47,652 nt of DNA from Candidatus Krumholzibacteriia bacterium (GTDB lineage Bacteria; Krumholzibacteriota; Krumholzibacteriia; WVZY01), in assembly GCA_046754105.1 (NCBI GenBank), contig JBHHVD010000010.1, positions 1 through 47,652 on the forward strand, written 5' to 3'. The translations under genes and the position numbers were made by a program. Shown here piece after piece: positions 28,092 through 36,496 of this stretch. Every line of letters starts with the position of its first letter. The stretch's first letter is position 1. Under the pieces are notes generated by a model that saw only the letters and a program-made list of their open reading frames with translations, searched no databases and had not been told where the DNA came from.

Positions 28092-29309
28092 CTAGCGACG
28101 TTTCACCCGGCTCTTCAGAAGGGCGGCCACTTCGTTCACGAACGGCGACACCGCCGCGCCCTGCGGCAGTCGAACGGTTGCAAAACCGCTCTTGCCACCA
28201 CCGCTGCCGCCGATGCTCCTCGCTCGTTCGACCACCGGCCCCGGCAGGTCGACGTCGACGTCCGCGGCCGCGTTACACAATACGAGTCCCTGCACGGACG
28301 CTACGATGCTCAGTGTCCCCTCGTTCTTCTTCAGCTCCGCCGACAGCAACCTGAGATAGTCTTCTCCGGCGTCACCCAACACCTCGGTGACCACCGTGCA
28401 CCCGTTGTGTACTTCGCCGGCCTCCAGGAGTCCCCCCGCTTCGAACGTAGCAAGTTTGCGGGCGAGTCTCTGCACTTCCTTCCGCGAACGCTGAGCGTCC
28501 GAGTGCATCTTGTCCACCTTCTCGATCACCGATCCTGGTGCCGTTGTGAAACGATTGGCCAGTTGCTTGACTATTTCGTGCCGGATCGCGTAGTCGTCCA
28601 GGGCCCTCGCCCCGACCTTGAAATGGACCCGGTTGGCGCCTTTTATTTTTTCGAACTTCGATACCTTGATTAATCCCAGTTCGCCCACGCGGCGAACGTG
28701 CGTGCCGCAACAGCCTATGACGTCGAACCCGTCGATTTCCACGAGTCGGATCTCGGCCACGCCGTCCGGCAAGGGTTTTCGCAACAAAGGCTCGCGGACT
28801 TGTAGCGGTGAAACGGTCTTGATCTTCACCTTCCGGTTCTCCCACAGAATCGAATTGGCGAGACGCTCGACCCGCGTTACGACCTTCTCGTCGAGGGAGT
28901 CGCCGTCGACGTCGATCGTGCACGACTCCTCGCCCATGTGAAACGAGATCGTGTCCATGTCCGCGGTCTCGACGAACGCACGCGACAGAACGTGCTGGCC
29001 TGTATGCTGCTGCATGTGGTCGAAGCGGACCTCCCAGTCCACCTCGCATCGAACCGGACCGGCATCGACGCGGGTGGCGGCCCCGTGATGGACGCGGCCG
29101 GCATCGTCTTCCGTCACGGCGGTCACTTCCGCGCCGGCGATGCGTCCTCGATCGGCCAACTGCCCCCCGGACTCGGGATAGAAGAACGACTTGTCGAGAA
29201 CGACGTCGAAAGTACCGTCGTCGTGCGGCTCGCACGACACGACGGCCGCGTCGAAGGCAACCGTGTAGGAATCCCGGAGGTAGAGTTTTTCAGTGGCGGC
29301 GCCGGCCAT
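28092..29309 (-). CDS. Alanyl-tRNA editing protein (large AlaX, with DHHA1 domain)
   Basis: FYPESGGQ, HTGQH and CCGTH Zn motifs, C-terminal GGSGGG. Confidence 0.9.
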   Translation of the reverse strand: MAGAATEKLYLRDSYTVAFDAAVVSCEPHDDGTFDVVLDKSFFYPESGGQLADRGRIAGAEVTAVTEDDAGRVHHGAATRVDAGPVRCEVDWEVRFDHMQQHTGQHVLSRAFVETADMDTISFHMGEESCTIDVDGDSLDEKVVTRVERLANSILWENRKVKIKTVSPLQVREPLLRKPLPDGVAEIRLVEIDGFDVIGCCGTHVRRVGELGLIKVSKFEKIKGANRVHFKVGARALDDYAIRHEIVKQLANRFTTAPGSVIEKVDKMHSDAQRSRKEVQRLARKLATFEAGGLLEAGEVHNGCTVVTEVLGDAGEDYLRLLSAELKKNEGTLSIVASVQGLVLCNAAADVDVDLPGPVVERARSIGGSGGGKSGFATVRLPQGAAVSPFVNEVAALLKSRVKRR

Positions 29310-29674
29310 TATCGGGCAAAGGATCTGCGGACGACCTGGTTCATTTCGTCCAGCTGGACGATCTTGGGGGAGAACGACGCGGCTTCGGCCGCGGGAATCT
29401 GCGTGAACGCGAAGATGATGACGCGGTCTCCGGCCTGTCCCAAACGCGCTGTGGCGCCGTTGAGCTTGATCTCGCCGGAGCCGGCCTCGCCGGCCAGGAC
29501 GTACGTCTCGAAACGGTGACCGGTATTGAGATTCGCCACCAGGACCTTCTCGAAGGGATAGAGCCCGACCTCGTCCATCAGCCCGGAGTCGATCACTATG
29601 CTGCCCTCGTAGCCGACATCGACGCCGGTCACGGTGCCGCGGTGAATCTTGGATTTGAGTACGGAGATGGTCAC
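29309..29674 (-). CDS. panD: Aspartate 1-decarboxylase
   Basis: KSKIHR, YEGSI self-cleavage site, RFETY, NGA.AR. Confidence 0.97.
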   Translation of the reverse strand: MTISVLKSKIHRGTVTGVDVGYEGSIVIDSGLMDEVGLYPFEKVLVANLNTGHRFETYVLAGEAGSGEIKLNGATARLGQAGDRVIIFAFTQIPAAEAASFSPKIVQLDEMNQVVRRSFAR

Positions 29675-29716
29675 AGCGTCAACCTCGATTCGAAGGCATA
29701 ATAATCGGGGCGGCGG

Positions 29717-31297
29717 CTATTTACAAGCGGAACTTGACTGGGAACTACGGTCCGATATACGCGCCACGAGCGTGCCGCAAGTGACGAGCAGCCCCGCGAT
29801 CGCGACCAGCCATGCGTTGCCGAGGCGCGTGAAAAGAGTACGGCCCTCGATCTCGCGGATGTTCTCGACCAGAAAGCCCTCTTCGTTGAGCCCCAGCGAC
29901 GCCACGATCCGGCCCAGCGGGTCGACCACCATCGAAACTCCGGTATTGGCGCTTCGCAGCAGGTAGCGGCCGTTTTCGACCGCGCGGTAGACGGCCATAT
30001 CGGCGTGTTGAAAAGGGCCGGGCGTATCCCCGAACCAGCCGTCGTTCGTGATATTGACGAGCACGTCCGCCCCCCTCGACACCGCGCGCCGGGACGCGGC
30101 CGGGAAAATCGCCTCGAAGCAGATCAGCGGCGCCAGTTCGCCGATCGGCGATTCGATTGCGGCATCTGTCGTTCCGGGGTCGAAGTTCGCCTGCCCGAAA
30201 TTGATCTTCTTGAGACCGGGAAACTTCCACGCAAGCGGAATCGCTTCCCCGAATGGAAGCAGGTGATTCTTGTTGTATCGGGCGAGGCCGCCGTTGGGAT
30301 AGAAAAGGCCCGACGAATTGTACACGGCGGCGACACGGCCGATCGCCTCATAGCGGGCATCCAGAAATCCGATGAAAATCCCGACTTCCAGCTCTTGCGC
30401 CAGGTTCGAGAGGCCGTCGCGGAATGCTGTGTCGTTGCCGATGAAGACCGGCGCGCAGGTTTCCGGGAAAACGATCATCTCCGGCTCGAGCAACGCGCAC
30501 TGACGGGTCAGGCGCTCGATCAGCCGCAGCGTTGTGTCCCTGTGCTCCGGATTCCATTTAACGGCGAGATCCACGTTGGGTTGCACGACGGAAACACGGT
30601 GCGTACGAGCCGGCGCGTCGTCGTCGAAGCGGCGGATTCGTTCGTGTCCGTAGACGGCCATCCCCGCGATGACGACCGCCCCGGCCACCATCGCCACCAC
30701 CCGCCGGCGCGGGCCGCGCCCGGCGACTGCGTAGCTCCACAGCATGTTGACGAGCACGATCACCGCTCCGACACCGAAGACGCCCCCCAGCGTGGCGCTC
30801 TGCACGAGTGCCGGGTGGCGCGTCAGGGAGTAGCCCACCGCCCCCCACGAAAACCCCAGTTCGCCGCTCGAGCGGGCGATCTCGGTAAGCAGCCACAAGG
30901 CGGGCGCCAGCACGACCGCGGCCGCCAGGCTGCCCCTGCCGAGCGTTCTCAGCAACAGGAAGAACAGTGCCGGATACACGGCCAGGTAGAGAACCAGCAG
31001 GGCGAGGGCGGGCACCATCAGCCACGGCACGGTGATGCTGGACGACGACGAGAGAAAGACGATCCACCACAGGTGGCCGAGGAAAAAGGCGATCCCGAAC
31101 AGGTAGCCGGCGTTGAAGAACGCGCGGCGTGTATAGGCACGGCGGTAGCACGCAACGACGAGAGGCACGAGGGCGATAAAGCTAAGAACACCGAGGTTAC
31201 GGGGCGGATAGGCGAGAGAGAGCAGCGCACCCGATGCCGCGGCGGGCAGCACGAGCCGCAGAGGGGGAAACCACTTTCGCGCCGCAAGCCACTTCAC
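29717..31297 (-). CDS. lnt: Apolipoprotein N-acyltransferase
   Basis: TM N-half; VQPN, FPET, KNHLLPFGE, ICFE, NITNDGWFG, RAVEN, ANTG; GTG start overlapping the upstream stop. Confidence 0.95.
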   Translation of the reverse strand: MKWLAARKWFPPLRLVLPAAASGALLSLAYPPRNLGVLSFIALVPLVVACYRRAYTRRAFFNAGYLFGIAFFLGHLWWIVFLSSSSSITVPWLMVPALALLVLYLAVYPALFFLLLRTLGRGSLAAAVVLAPALWLLTEIARSSGELGFSWGAVGYSLTRHPALVQSATLGGVFGVGAVIVLVNMLWSYAVAGRGPRRRVVAMVAGAVVIAGMAVYGHERIRRFDDDAPARTHRVSVVQPNVDLAVKWNPEHRDTTLRLIERLTRQCALLEPEMIVFPETCAPVFIGNDTAFRDGLSNLAQELEVGIFIGFLDARYEAIGRVAAVYNSSGLFYPNGGLARYNKNHLLPFGEAIPLAWKFPGLKKINFGQANFDPGTTDAAIESPIGELAPLICFEAIFPAASRRAVSRGADVLVNITNDGWFGDTPGPFQHADMAVYRAVENGRYLLRSANTGVSMVVDPLGRIVASLGLNEEGFLVENIREIEGRTLFTRLGNAWLVAIAGLLVTCGTLVARISDRSSQSSSACK

Positions 31298-32310
31298 GAA
31301 ACAGAAACCTCGCGGCCGCTCGCGGCGGACTTGTACATCGCATCGAGGATCTTCAGGACCGACATGGCCTCCTCTCCGGTGGTCAGGGGCTCGCAGTTTT
31401 TCTGGATGCACTCGATGAAATGGTCGATCTCGCGGCGGTAGCTCTCCTTGTAGTAGTTGCGGGCACCGTCGAGGGCCGGTGTCACGTTGACCAGCTGTCC
31501 GTGCATCGCCTTGTGGATGCTCAGCGGCTGCAGGTTTGCGCCGCCCCTGCTCCCGTACACCTGAAAATACGTGTGGTCCTTCGGCTCGAGCAGGTTCCAG
31601 GTCACCTCGAGTATCAGGCAGCTTCCGCCCTCGAAATTGACCATGGCGCACGCCGAATCCTCCACGCCGCCCTTGCCGGTGCGTCCGAAAACACTGCACG
31701 AGACACGCGTCGGTTTCTCGAGCCCCGCGATCCAGATGGCCAGGTCCATTTTTGGAATGCCCAGGTCGAGCAGAGCGCCCCCACCGGACTTCTGCTGGTC
31801 CGTGAACCAGTTGCGGTCACGCCATTCCTGGACCATGCGCCGCCATCCGGCCTTGACGAGCTGCACTTCACCGAGTTCCCCACGCTTGATGAATTTCTGC
31901 AGAACCTCCACGTCGCGCCGGAACCGGTTGTTCATTGCGACCATGAGTATCTTCTTGCTCTTCTTCGCCGTCTCTACCATTTTTTTCGCTTCCGTCGCGT
32001 TTCGTGCCAGCGGCTTTTCGCACAGGACGTGGCGGCCCGAGCGCAGCGCTGCGATTGCCATGGGCGCATGCAGATAATTGGGCGTGCAGATATCCACCGC
32101 GTCGACGTCCTCGTTCTTCAGCATTCGCGTAAGTTCGTAGTACGCGCTCTTGAATCCGTACTGCTGCGCGAGCTTCCTCCGCTTCACCGCGTTTTCCTCC
32201 ACCAGCGCGACCAGTTCTACATCCGGGTGCTGCTTGTACGCCGGAAGATGCGCTACCTGAGCCACGTTTCCACCACCGACAACAGCCACTTTCACTTTCT
32301 TGTTCGCCAT
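31294..32310 (-). CDS. Gfo/Idh/MocA family oxidoreductase
   Basis: GGGNVA Rossmann motif, ICTPN, HVLCEKP, GGGALLDLGI (Pro where many members have His). Confidence 0.92.
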   Translation of the reverse strand: MANKKVKVAVVGGGNVAQVAHLPAYKQHPDVELVALVEENAVKRRKLAQQYGFKSAYYELTRMLKNEDVDAVDICTPNYLHAPMAIAALRSGRHVLCEKPLARNATEAKKMVETAKKSKKILMVAMNNRFRRDVEVLQKFIKRGELGEVQLVKAGWRRMVQEWRDRNWFTDQQKSGGGALLDLGIPKMDLAIWIAGLEKPTRVSCSVFGRTGKGGVEDSACAMVNFEGGSCLILEVTWNLLEPKDHTYFQVYGSRGGANLQPLSIHKAMHGQLVNVTPALDGARNYYKESYRREIDHFIECIQKNCEPLTTGEEAMSVLKILDAMYKSAASGREVSVS

Positions 32311-32442
32311 CGCTCACTCCGCGAATATGGGTGCCCACTCTAACCGCCCGCCCAACGACGAGACGGCCGACGATACGCCGGCTTAGCTTCAACGATGATG
32401 TTATAGGAATCCCCGACAATTGCAAACGTTTTGAAACGCCTT

Positions 32443-33444
32443 TTACTCGGCAACGTCGCCACGCCAGACGTCATCCGGCTCGTTGGTAATCCCGTAGCGT
32501 TTGATTTTCTTCAAGAGGCCCTGGCGCGACAGACCGAGTTGTCTCGCTGATTCGGATTTGTTCCAGTTCGTTTGTGTCAGCGTCTTGCGAAGCAGGTTTT
32601 CCTCCAGGTATCCAACCGCCTGCGGCAACGGCGCGTCATGGAGCAATTTGACATCCAGGGTATCGCGACAGGGGTGCTTTCGCACGCGCCGCGAGAGCAT
32701 GTCCACCGCGATCTCCCGCACTCCTGGATGAAAAGCGAGGATGCGCTCCATTTCGTTCTGTAGCTCGCGCACGTTGCCCGGCCAGTGGTATTGCATCAGT
32801 ACCTGGCGCGTCTTGTCACATACCTTCGGCACGCGCAGGCCGCGCAGACCAAAGAAATGCTCGATGAAATCAAAAATGTCCGAGAGACGCTCGCGGAGCG
32901 GGGCGACCTCCAATTCCACGACGGCCAGCCTGTAGAAGAGGTCCAGCCGGAAGGAGCCCTGCTCGATACGCTGCTCGAGGCTTGCGTTGGTGGCCGCGAC
33001 GATTCTCACGTCCACGTGCCGCGCCTCGGACGCACCCATCGGACGGATTTCCCGGTCCTGGAGCACCCGCAGCAGCTTGGCCTGCACAAAGGGCGGAACC
33101 TCGCTGATCTCGTCGAGAAAAAGCGTGCCCCCGTTCGCCTGTTCGAACAGGCCCGAATGGGATCGAATGGCTCCGGTAAAGGATCCACGGCCGTGACCGA
33201 AGAGTTCGCTCTCGAGAACCCCGGGGTTGAGCGCCGTGCAGTTGACCGGTACGAAACGGTTCCCGCCGCGACGGCTGCGCGCGTGAAGGTTTCGGGCTAC
33301 CAGCTCTTTGCCGGTGCCGCTCTCGCCTGTGATGAGTACGCTGGCCGGCGAGTCGGCGACCTGGATAATGAGCCGCTTCAGACGCGCAATCGCCGGGGAG
33401 GCGCCCGCGATCGGCGGATCGAATTCGGTAGGCGACGTGGTCAA
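32443..33444 (-). CDS. Sigma-54 activator (AAA+ and Fis-HTH) without an N-terminal sensor domain
   Basis: GESGTGKE, ESELFGH, GSFTGA, LFLDEI, DLFYRL, WPGNVREL, C-terminal HTH; TTG start, with an in-frame stop ~70 bp upstream. Confidence 0.92.
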   Translation of the reverse strand: MTTSPTEFDPPIAGASPAIARLKRLIIQVADSPASVLITGESGTGKELVARNLHARSRRGGNRFVPVNCTALNPGVLESELFGHGRGSFTGAIRSHSGLFEQANGGTLFLDEISEVPPFVQAKLLRVLQDREIRPMGASEARHVDVRIVAATNASLEQRIEQGSFRLDLFYRLAVVELEVAPLRERLSDIFDFIEHFFGLRGLRVPKVCDKTRQVLMQYHWPGNVRELQNEMERILAFHPGVREIAVDMLSRRVRKHPCRDTLDVKLLHDAPLPQAVGYLEENLLRKTLTQTNWNKSESARQLGLSRQGLLKKIKRYGITNEPDDVWRGDVAE

Positions 33445-33512
33445 TGATGTCCGTTGGTAGAGCCTCGAATCGCCGCCTCCGGGAGCGAGCGCGGCACGTT
33501 TGGTCTCACCTC

Positions 33513-33528
33513 AGCAACAACGGTGCCA
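33513..33528 (-). promoter_or_regulatory. Sigma-54 -24/-12 promoter upstream of the sensorless activator
   Basis: Minus strand TGGCAC-CGTTG-TTGCT; intergenic, ~70 bp before the start codon. Confidence 0.78.
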
Positions 33529-33694
33529 GACGGCGCTATCTCGATTCTTGTCTAACTGATTGCGTAACATATCATCATCTCTCGTACACCGAGCCGGGCG
33601 CCGCAGCTACGCTTGCAGACGCCCGCTCGGCCGCCACAGCGCCCGCGAACGAGACGCGGGGCCGGCCGCTTAGCTTCTTTTATGGTTTTCGGGG

Positions 33695-33714
33695 GCTGTC
33701 AACAAGTTGACAGC
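33695..33714. promoter_or_regulatory. Perfect dyad, candidate upstream activator sequence
   Basis: GCTGTCAAC-aa-GTTGACAGC, containing TGT-N10-ACA; ~170 bp upstream of the -24 element. Confidence 0.55.
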
Positions 33715-33767
33715 GTCCGGCGGCGGTCTTTTGTATCGGCGGGACCGCTCGCGGCGGGGACCGCCGC

Positions 33768-34337
33768 TTACCTGCGGATGACGCCGTACTCCGTGACCAG
33801 GATCGTGCGCATGCTGCCCTGCCCGACGTTGATGGACCGCTCGACGATGCCGGTCACCCACACCTTCGCGCCCACAAAACTCATCAGCACCTCGCGAAAA
33901 TCGCCTCGCAGGTTCCACTGCACGTCGTTGTCGTCAACGATCCAGATCGCGTTATTGCCGGCGCGAGAGGCACGTACGATGCCGACCAGCGGCTTCTCCC
34001 CGGAGGGGACGCGAAGCACGTCGTACCGTCTTACCGCGATGACCGGTACGTTCTCGTCGTTGGGCACCAGGAAGCCGCTGACCGCGACGTCCATGCCGTC
34101 GAGCGCCCGGAGTTCGTCGCCGAGACGCGATGACTGGATCATGTACGTCCTGCCGGCGGCGGACCGCAGCAGCATCAATGAGAAGGGCGAGCTGCCGCGG
34201 CGCGAGAGCCGTCCGTTTACGTCGATAACCCCGTCACCGCGTTCGCCGGGGTCATGGGCGGCCCTACCGCCGCACCCCACGACCAGCAGCATCGCCGCAA
34301 CGGCTGCGATCCGCTCTATTCTCAACTCCCGTCTCAT
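33768..34337 (-). CDS. Hypothetical lipoprotein with two repeated OB-fold-like units
   Basis: Lipobox LVVGC; paired motifs G.TY.I...DGMDVAVSG and VQWNL...VGAKVWVTG. Confidence 0.6.
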   Translation of the reverse strand: MRRELRIERIAAVAAMLLVVGCGGRAAHDPGERGDGVIDVNGRLSRRGSSPFSLMLLRSAAGRTYMIQSSRLGDELRALDGMDVAVSGFLVPNDENVPVIAVRRYDVLRVPSGEKPLVGIVRASRAGNNAIWIVDDNDVQWNLRGDFREVLMSFVGAKVWVTGIVERSINVGQGSMRTILVTEYGVIRR

Positions 34338-34365
34338 ATGCCTCCACTCGCAAACGCGCTCTTGC

Positions 34366-36240
34366 CTATTTGACCTGGATCACCACGATGCGGGTCGCGC
34401 TGTTCTTCGCGCCCGCGACGTCGAAGCGGGCGGCCGGTGATTGCAGCCCGGACAGGACATAAAAATCGCCCGCCGCGCTCGACACGCTGCCGCCGAAAGC
34501 GCCGTCGGCAATCGCGCGTGATGTAACGAGCAGCGGAGCGAACGCCTGCTGCAGGTTGAACGACGAAAAACGGTACTTGGGATCCCCGGTTATGCCACGA
34601 TCGCTCAGGTAAAGGGTGGAAAAAAAATCGGCGACGGAGGTGAAAAAATCCTCGCCGGTGACTGCCTGTACGCCGGCGCGGCCCACGCCCGCGTCGTGCA
34701 CGATGTCCCAGTAGATTGGCGTTCCCAACTGATCCCCGAGGTAGCGCAGAAAGAGAAAGATCCCGCCGCGCTGCTCGAGGGTGTCACCGCCCATGAGCGA
34801 CACCGCGCCCGGGTCGGGCAGGTAGAGGTCCGCCCGGCCCTTGTTGCTCGTATCGAAGCCGTTGAGGTCCTCCGCCATGTGGGCCATGCCCTCCTCCAGC
34901 CACGTCTCCTGCAGCCCAAATATCCCGAACGCGGAGAAACGAAATCCGAAACTGATCATGTGCTCGAACTCGTGGGCGAGCGTCGACGGGATGATCCCCG
35001 TCACCCGTTGCTTGTCGAACGGGTTACCGAACTGACTGTTCGGGTCGGGCACCATGGCGTAGAAAATCTCCATGCTGTTCGAGGTCCCCGCCGGAACCAA
35101 CCCGGGCACGATGTCGTTCAACAGGAAGAACCCGGAAATAAACCCATCGGTTTGCGCGCTGCCCGCCGGCGTCAGCAGGTTGACCTCCGGCGTGAAAAGG
35201 ATGGCGACCCGCTGATTGTTGTCGATATCGGACGGCTTGCCGAACAACGTGCTGTCCGTGGGAAAAATCTGGTCGTCGAACTGCGCGCCAAACGCGTCGT
35301 AATCCGCCTGCGTAAACGCGCCCACGGCCGGCTGGTTGACGTCGGCGTAGACGAGGGCCCGTTTTCCCCCGTCGTATTTCAGGTCTGCGGTGACAACTTT
35401 GAAGTTGGCCGGGTTCTGGCTGCCGCAATCCGTGCACTTCAATACCCGAAAGGTCCGTACCGCCGGCGCGGCCGCCGCTCGCGCCACCCTTTCGAACGGC
35501 CGCTTGCCGTTTCCGTACCGCTCTATGTATTCGATCGCCTGGCGCCGGATGTCCAGCTCGAACTCCACGGCGAAGTCCCGGCTGCCCCAGGTGGAGCGTC
35601 GCAACGGAGGTGCCGCTGGAAACGTCGACGTCGCCGACGGCGTCACCGTGTACGCGAAGTTGGCCACGGCGCCGGATGCGGAGTACGGTATCAGCACGTA
35701 TTCCTCGGTACCGGCGGGCGCCGCAGCCTTGAAATCGAACCCCGTGCCGCCGCTGATTACCCACGGCGTGCCGACACCCCGTCGTATTTCCACGGGGCGG
35801 GGGGAACTCGCTACACCCTGGGACGTCACGTGGAGGTCTCCCGAGTTTGCCCACCGTGGCACGACAACGGCCAGGCTGTCCCCGTTCGAGAAGAACGGGA
35901 TCGCCTTGGCCAGGTCGTTATTGAACACGACCCGGTTGCTCGCGAGCGTAGTGGAAAAATTGCGGCCGGCCAGCGACAGCGTATCCCCCGGCGCCAGCAC
36001 GGAATCGCTGACGGCGTCGATCGCCGGAGTCGGTGGCGTCGGGCCGGGGCCCGTGGGGCTCTCATCTTCCGAGCCGCAGGAGGTGGCGAACACGAGACCG
36101 AATACAACGAGCCACACCGCCCGGCGGCGGAACGACGCTCCGGATTGCGCGCGGGAATACCGCGGGAAAAAGGCGAAGGCGGCAAGCATGTGGCCGATGA
36201 CCTCCCGCCTGCGGGCTGTGCTGGTGAACGCGATCTTCAT
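34366..36240 (-). CDS. Lipoprotein with IPT/TIG-like domain and M30-like zinc metalloprotease domain
   Basis: FATSC lipobox; PGDTLSLAGRNFS..N.VVFN; TLAHEFEHMI...WLEEGMA; start uncertain. Confidence 0.7.
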   Translation of the reverse strand: MKIAFTSTARRREVIGHMLAAFAFFPRYSRAQSGASFRRRAVWLVVFGLVFATSCGSEDESPTGPGPTPPTPAIDAVSDSVLAPGDTLSLAGRNFSTTLASNRVVFNNDLAKAIPFFSNGDSLAVVVPRWANSGDLHVTSQGVASSPRPVEIRRGVGTPWVISGGTGFDFKAAAPAGTEEYVLIPYSASGAVANFAYTVTPSATSTFPAAPPLRRSTWGSRDFAVEFELDIRRQAIEYIERYGNGKRPFERVARAAAAPAVRTFRVLKCTDCGSQNPANFKVVTADLKYDGGKRALVYADVNQPAVGAFTQADYDAFGAQFDDQIFPTDSTLFGKPSDIDNNQRVAILFTPEVNLLTPAGSAQTDGFISGFFLLNDIVPGLVPAGTSNSMEIFYAMVPDPNSQFGNPFDKQRVTGIIPSTLAHEFEHMISFGFRFSAFGIFGLQETWLEEGMAHMAEDLNGFDTSNKGRADLYLPDPGAVSLMGGDTLEQRGGIFLFLRYLGDQLGTPIYWDIVHDAGVGRAGVQAVTGEDFFTSVADFFSTLYLSDRGITGDPKYRFSSFNLQQAFAPLLVTSRAIADGAFGGSVSSAAGDFYVLSGLQSPAARFDVAGAKNSATRIVVIQVK

Positions 36241-36369
36241 AGGCGATTGGCCTTCCTTGGCTGAACCAGGCACCGTGCGGGCCACTAGAATTTATCCCAT
36301 CGCCGGGTTCCGTTCAAGGTTTAACGCGCGCCCGCACGACCTCCCCCACACCCGCCGGACGGCGCGGCG

Positions 36370-36385
36370 GGGCACGGGAATTGCA
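36370..36385 (+). promoter_or_regulatory. Sigma-54 -24/-12 promoter upstream of the second activator
   Basis: GGGCAC-GGGAA-TTGCA; invariant GG-N10-GC spacing, one mismatch at the first position. Confidence 0.65.
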
Positions 36386-36496
36386 CGATGGCACGCGGAA
36401 CTCCGGCGCTCCGATCGCGCGCGGAGCGATAAGGAAAAATAGGGCCATGGGGGACTCATGAGTCCCTTCTGCCGACAACAGCCTGGGATCGCATCA

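Noticed and set aside
36389..36404. Second TGGCAC just downstream of the sigma-54 site
   Set aside because: No TTGC at the -12 position.
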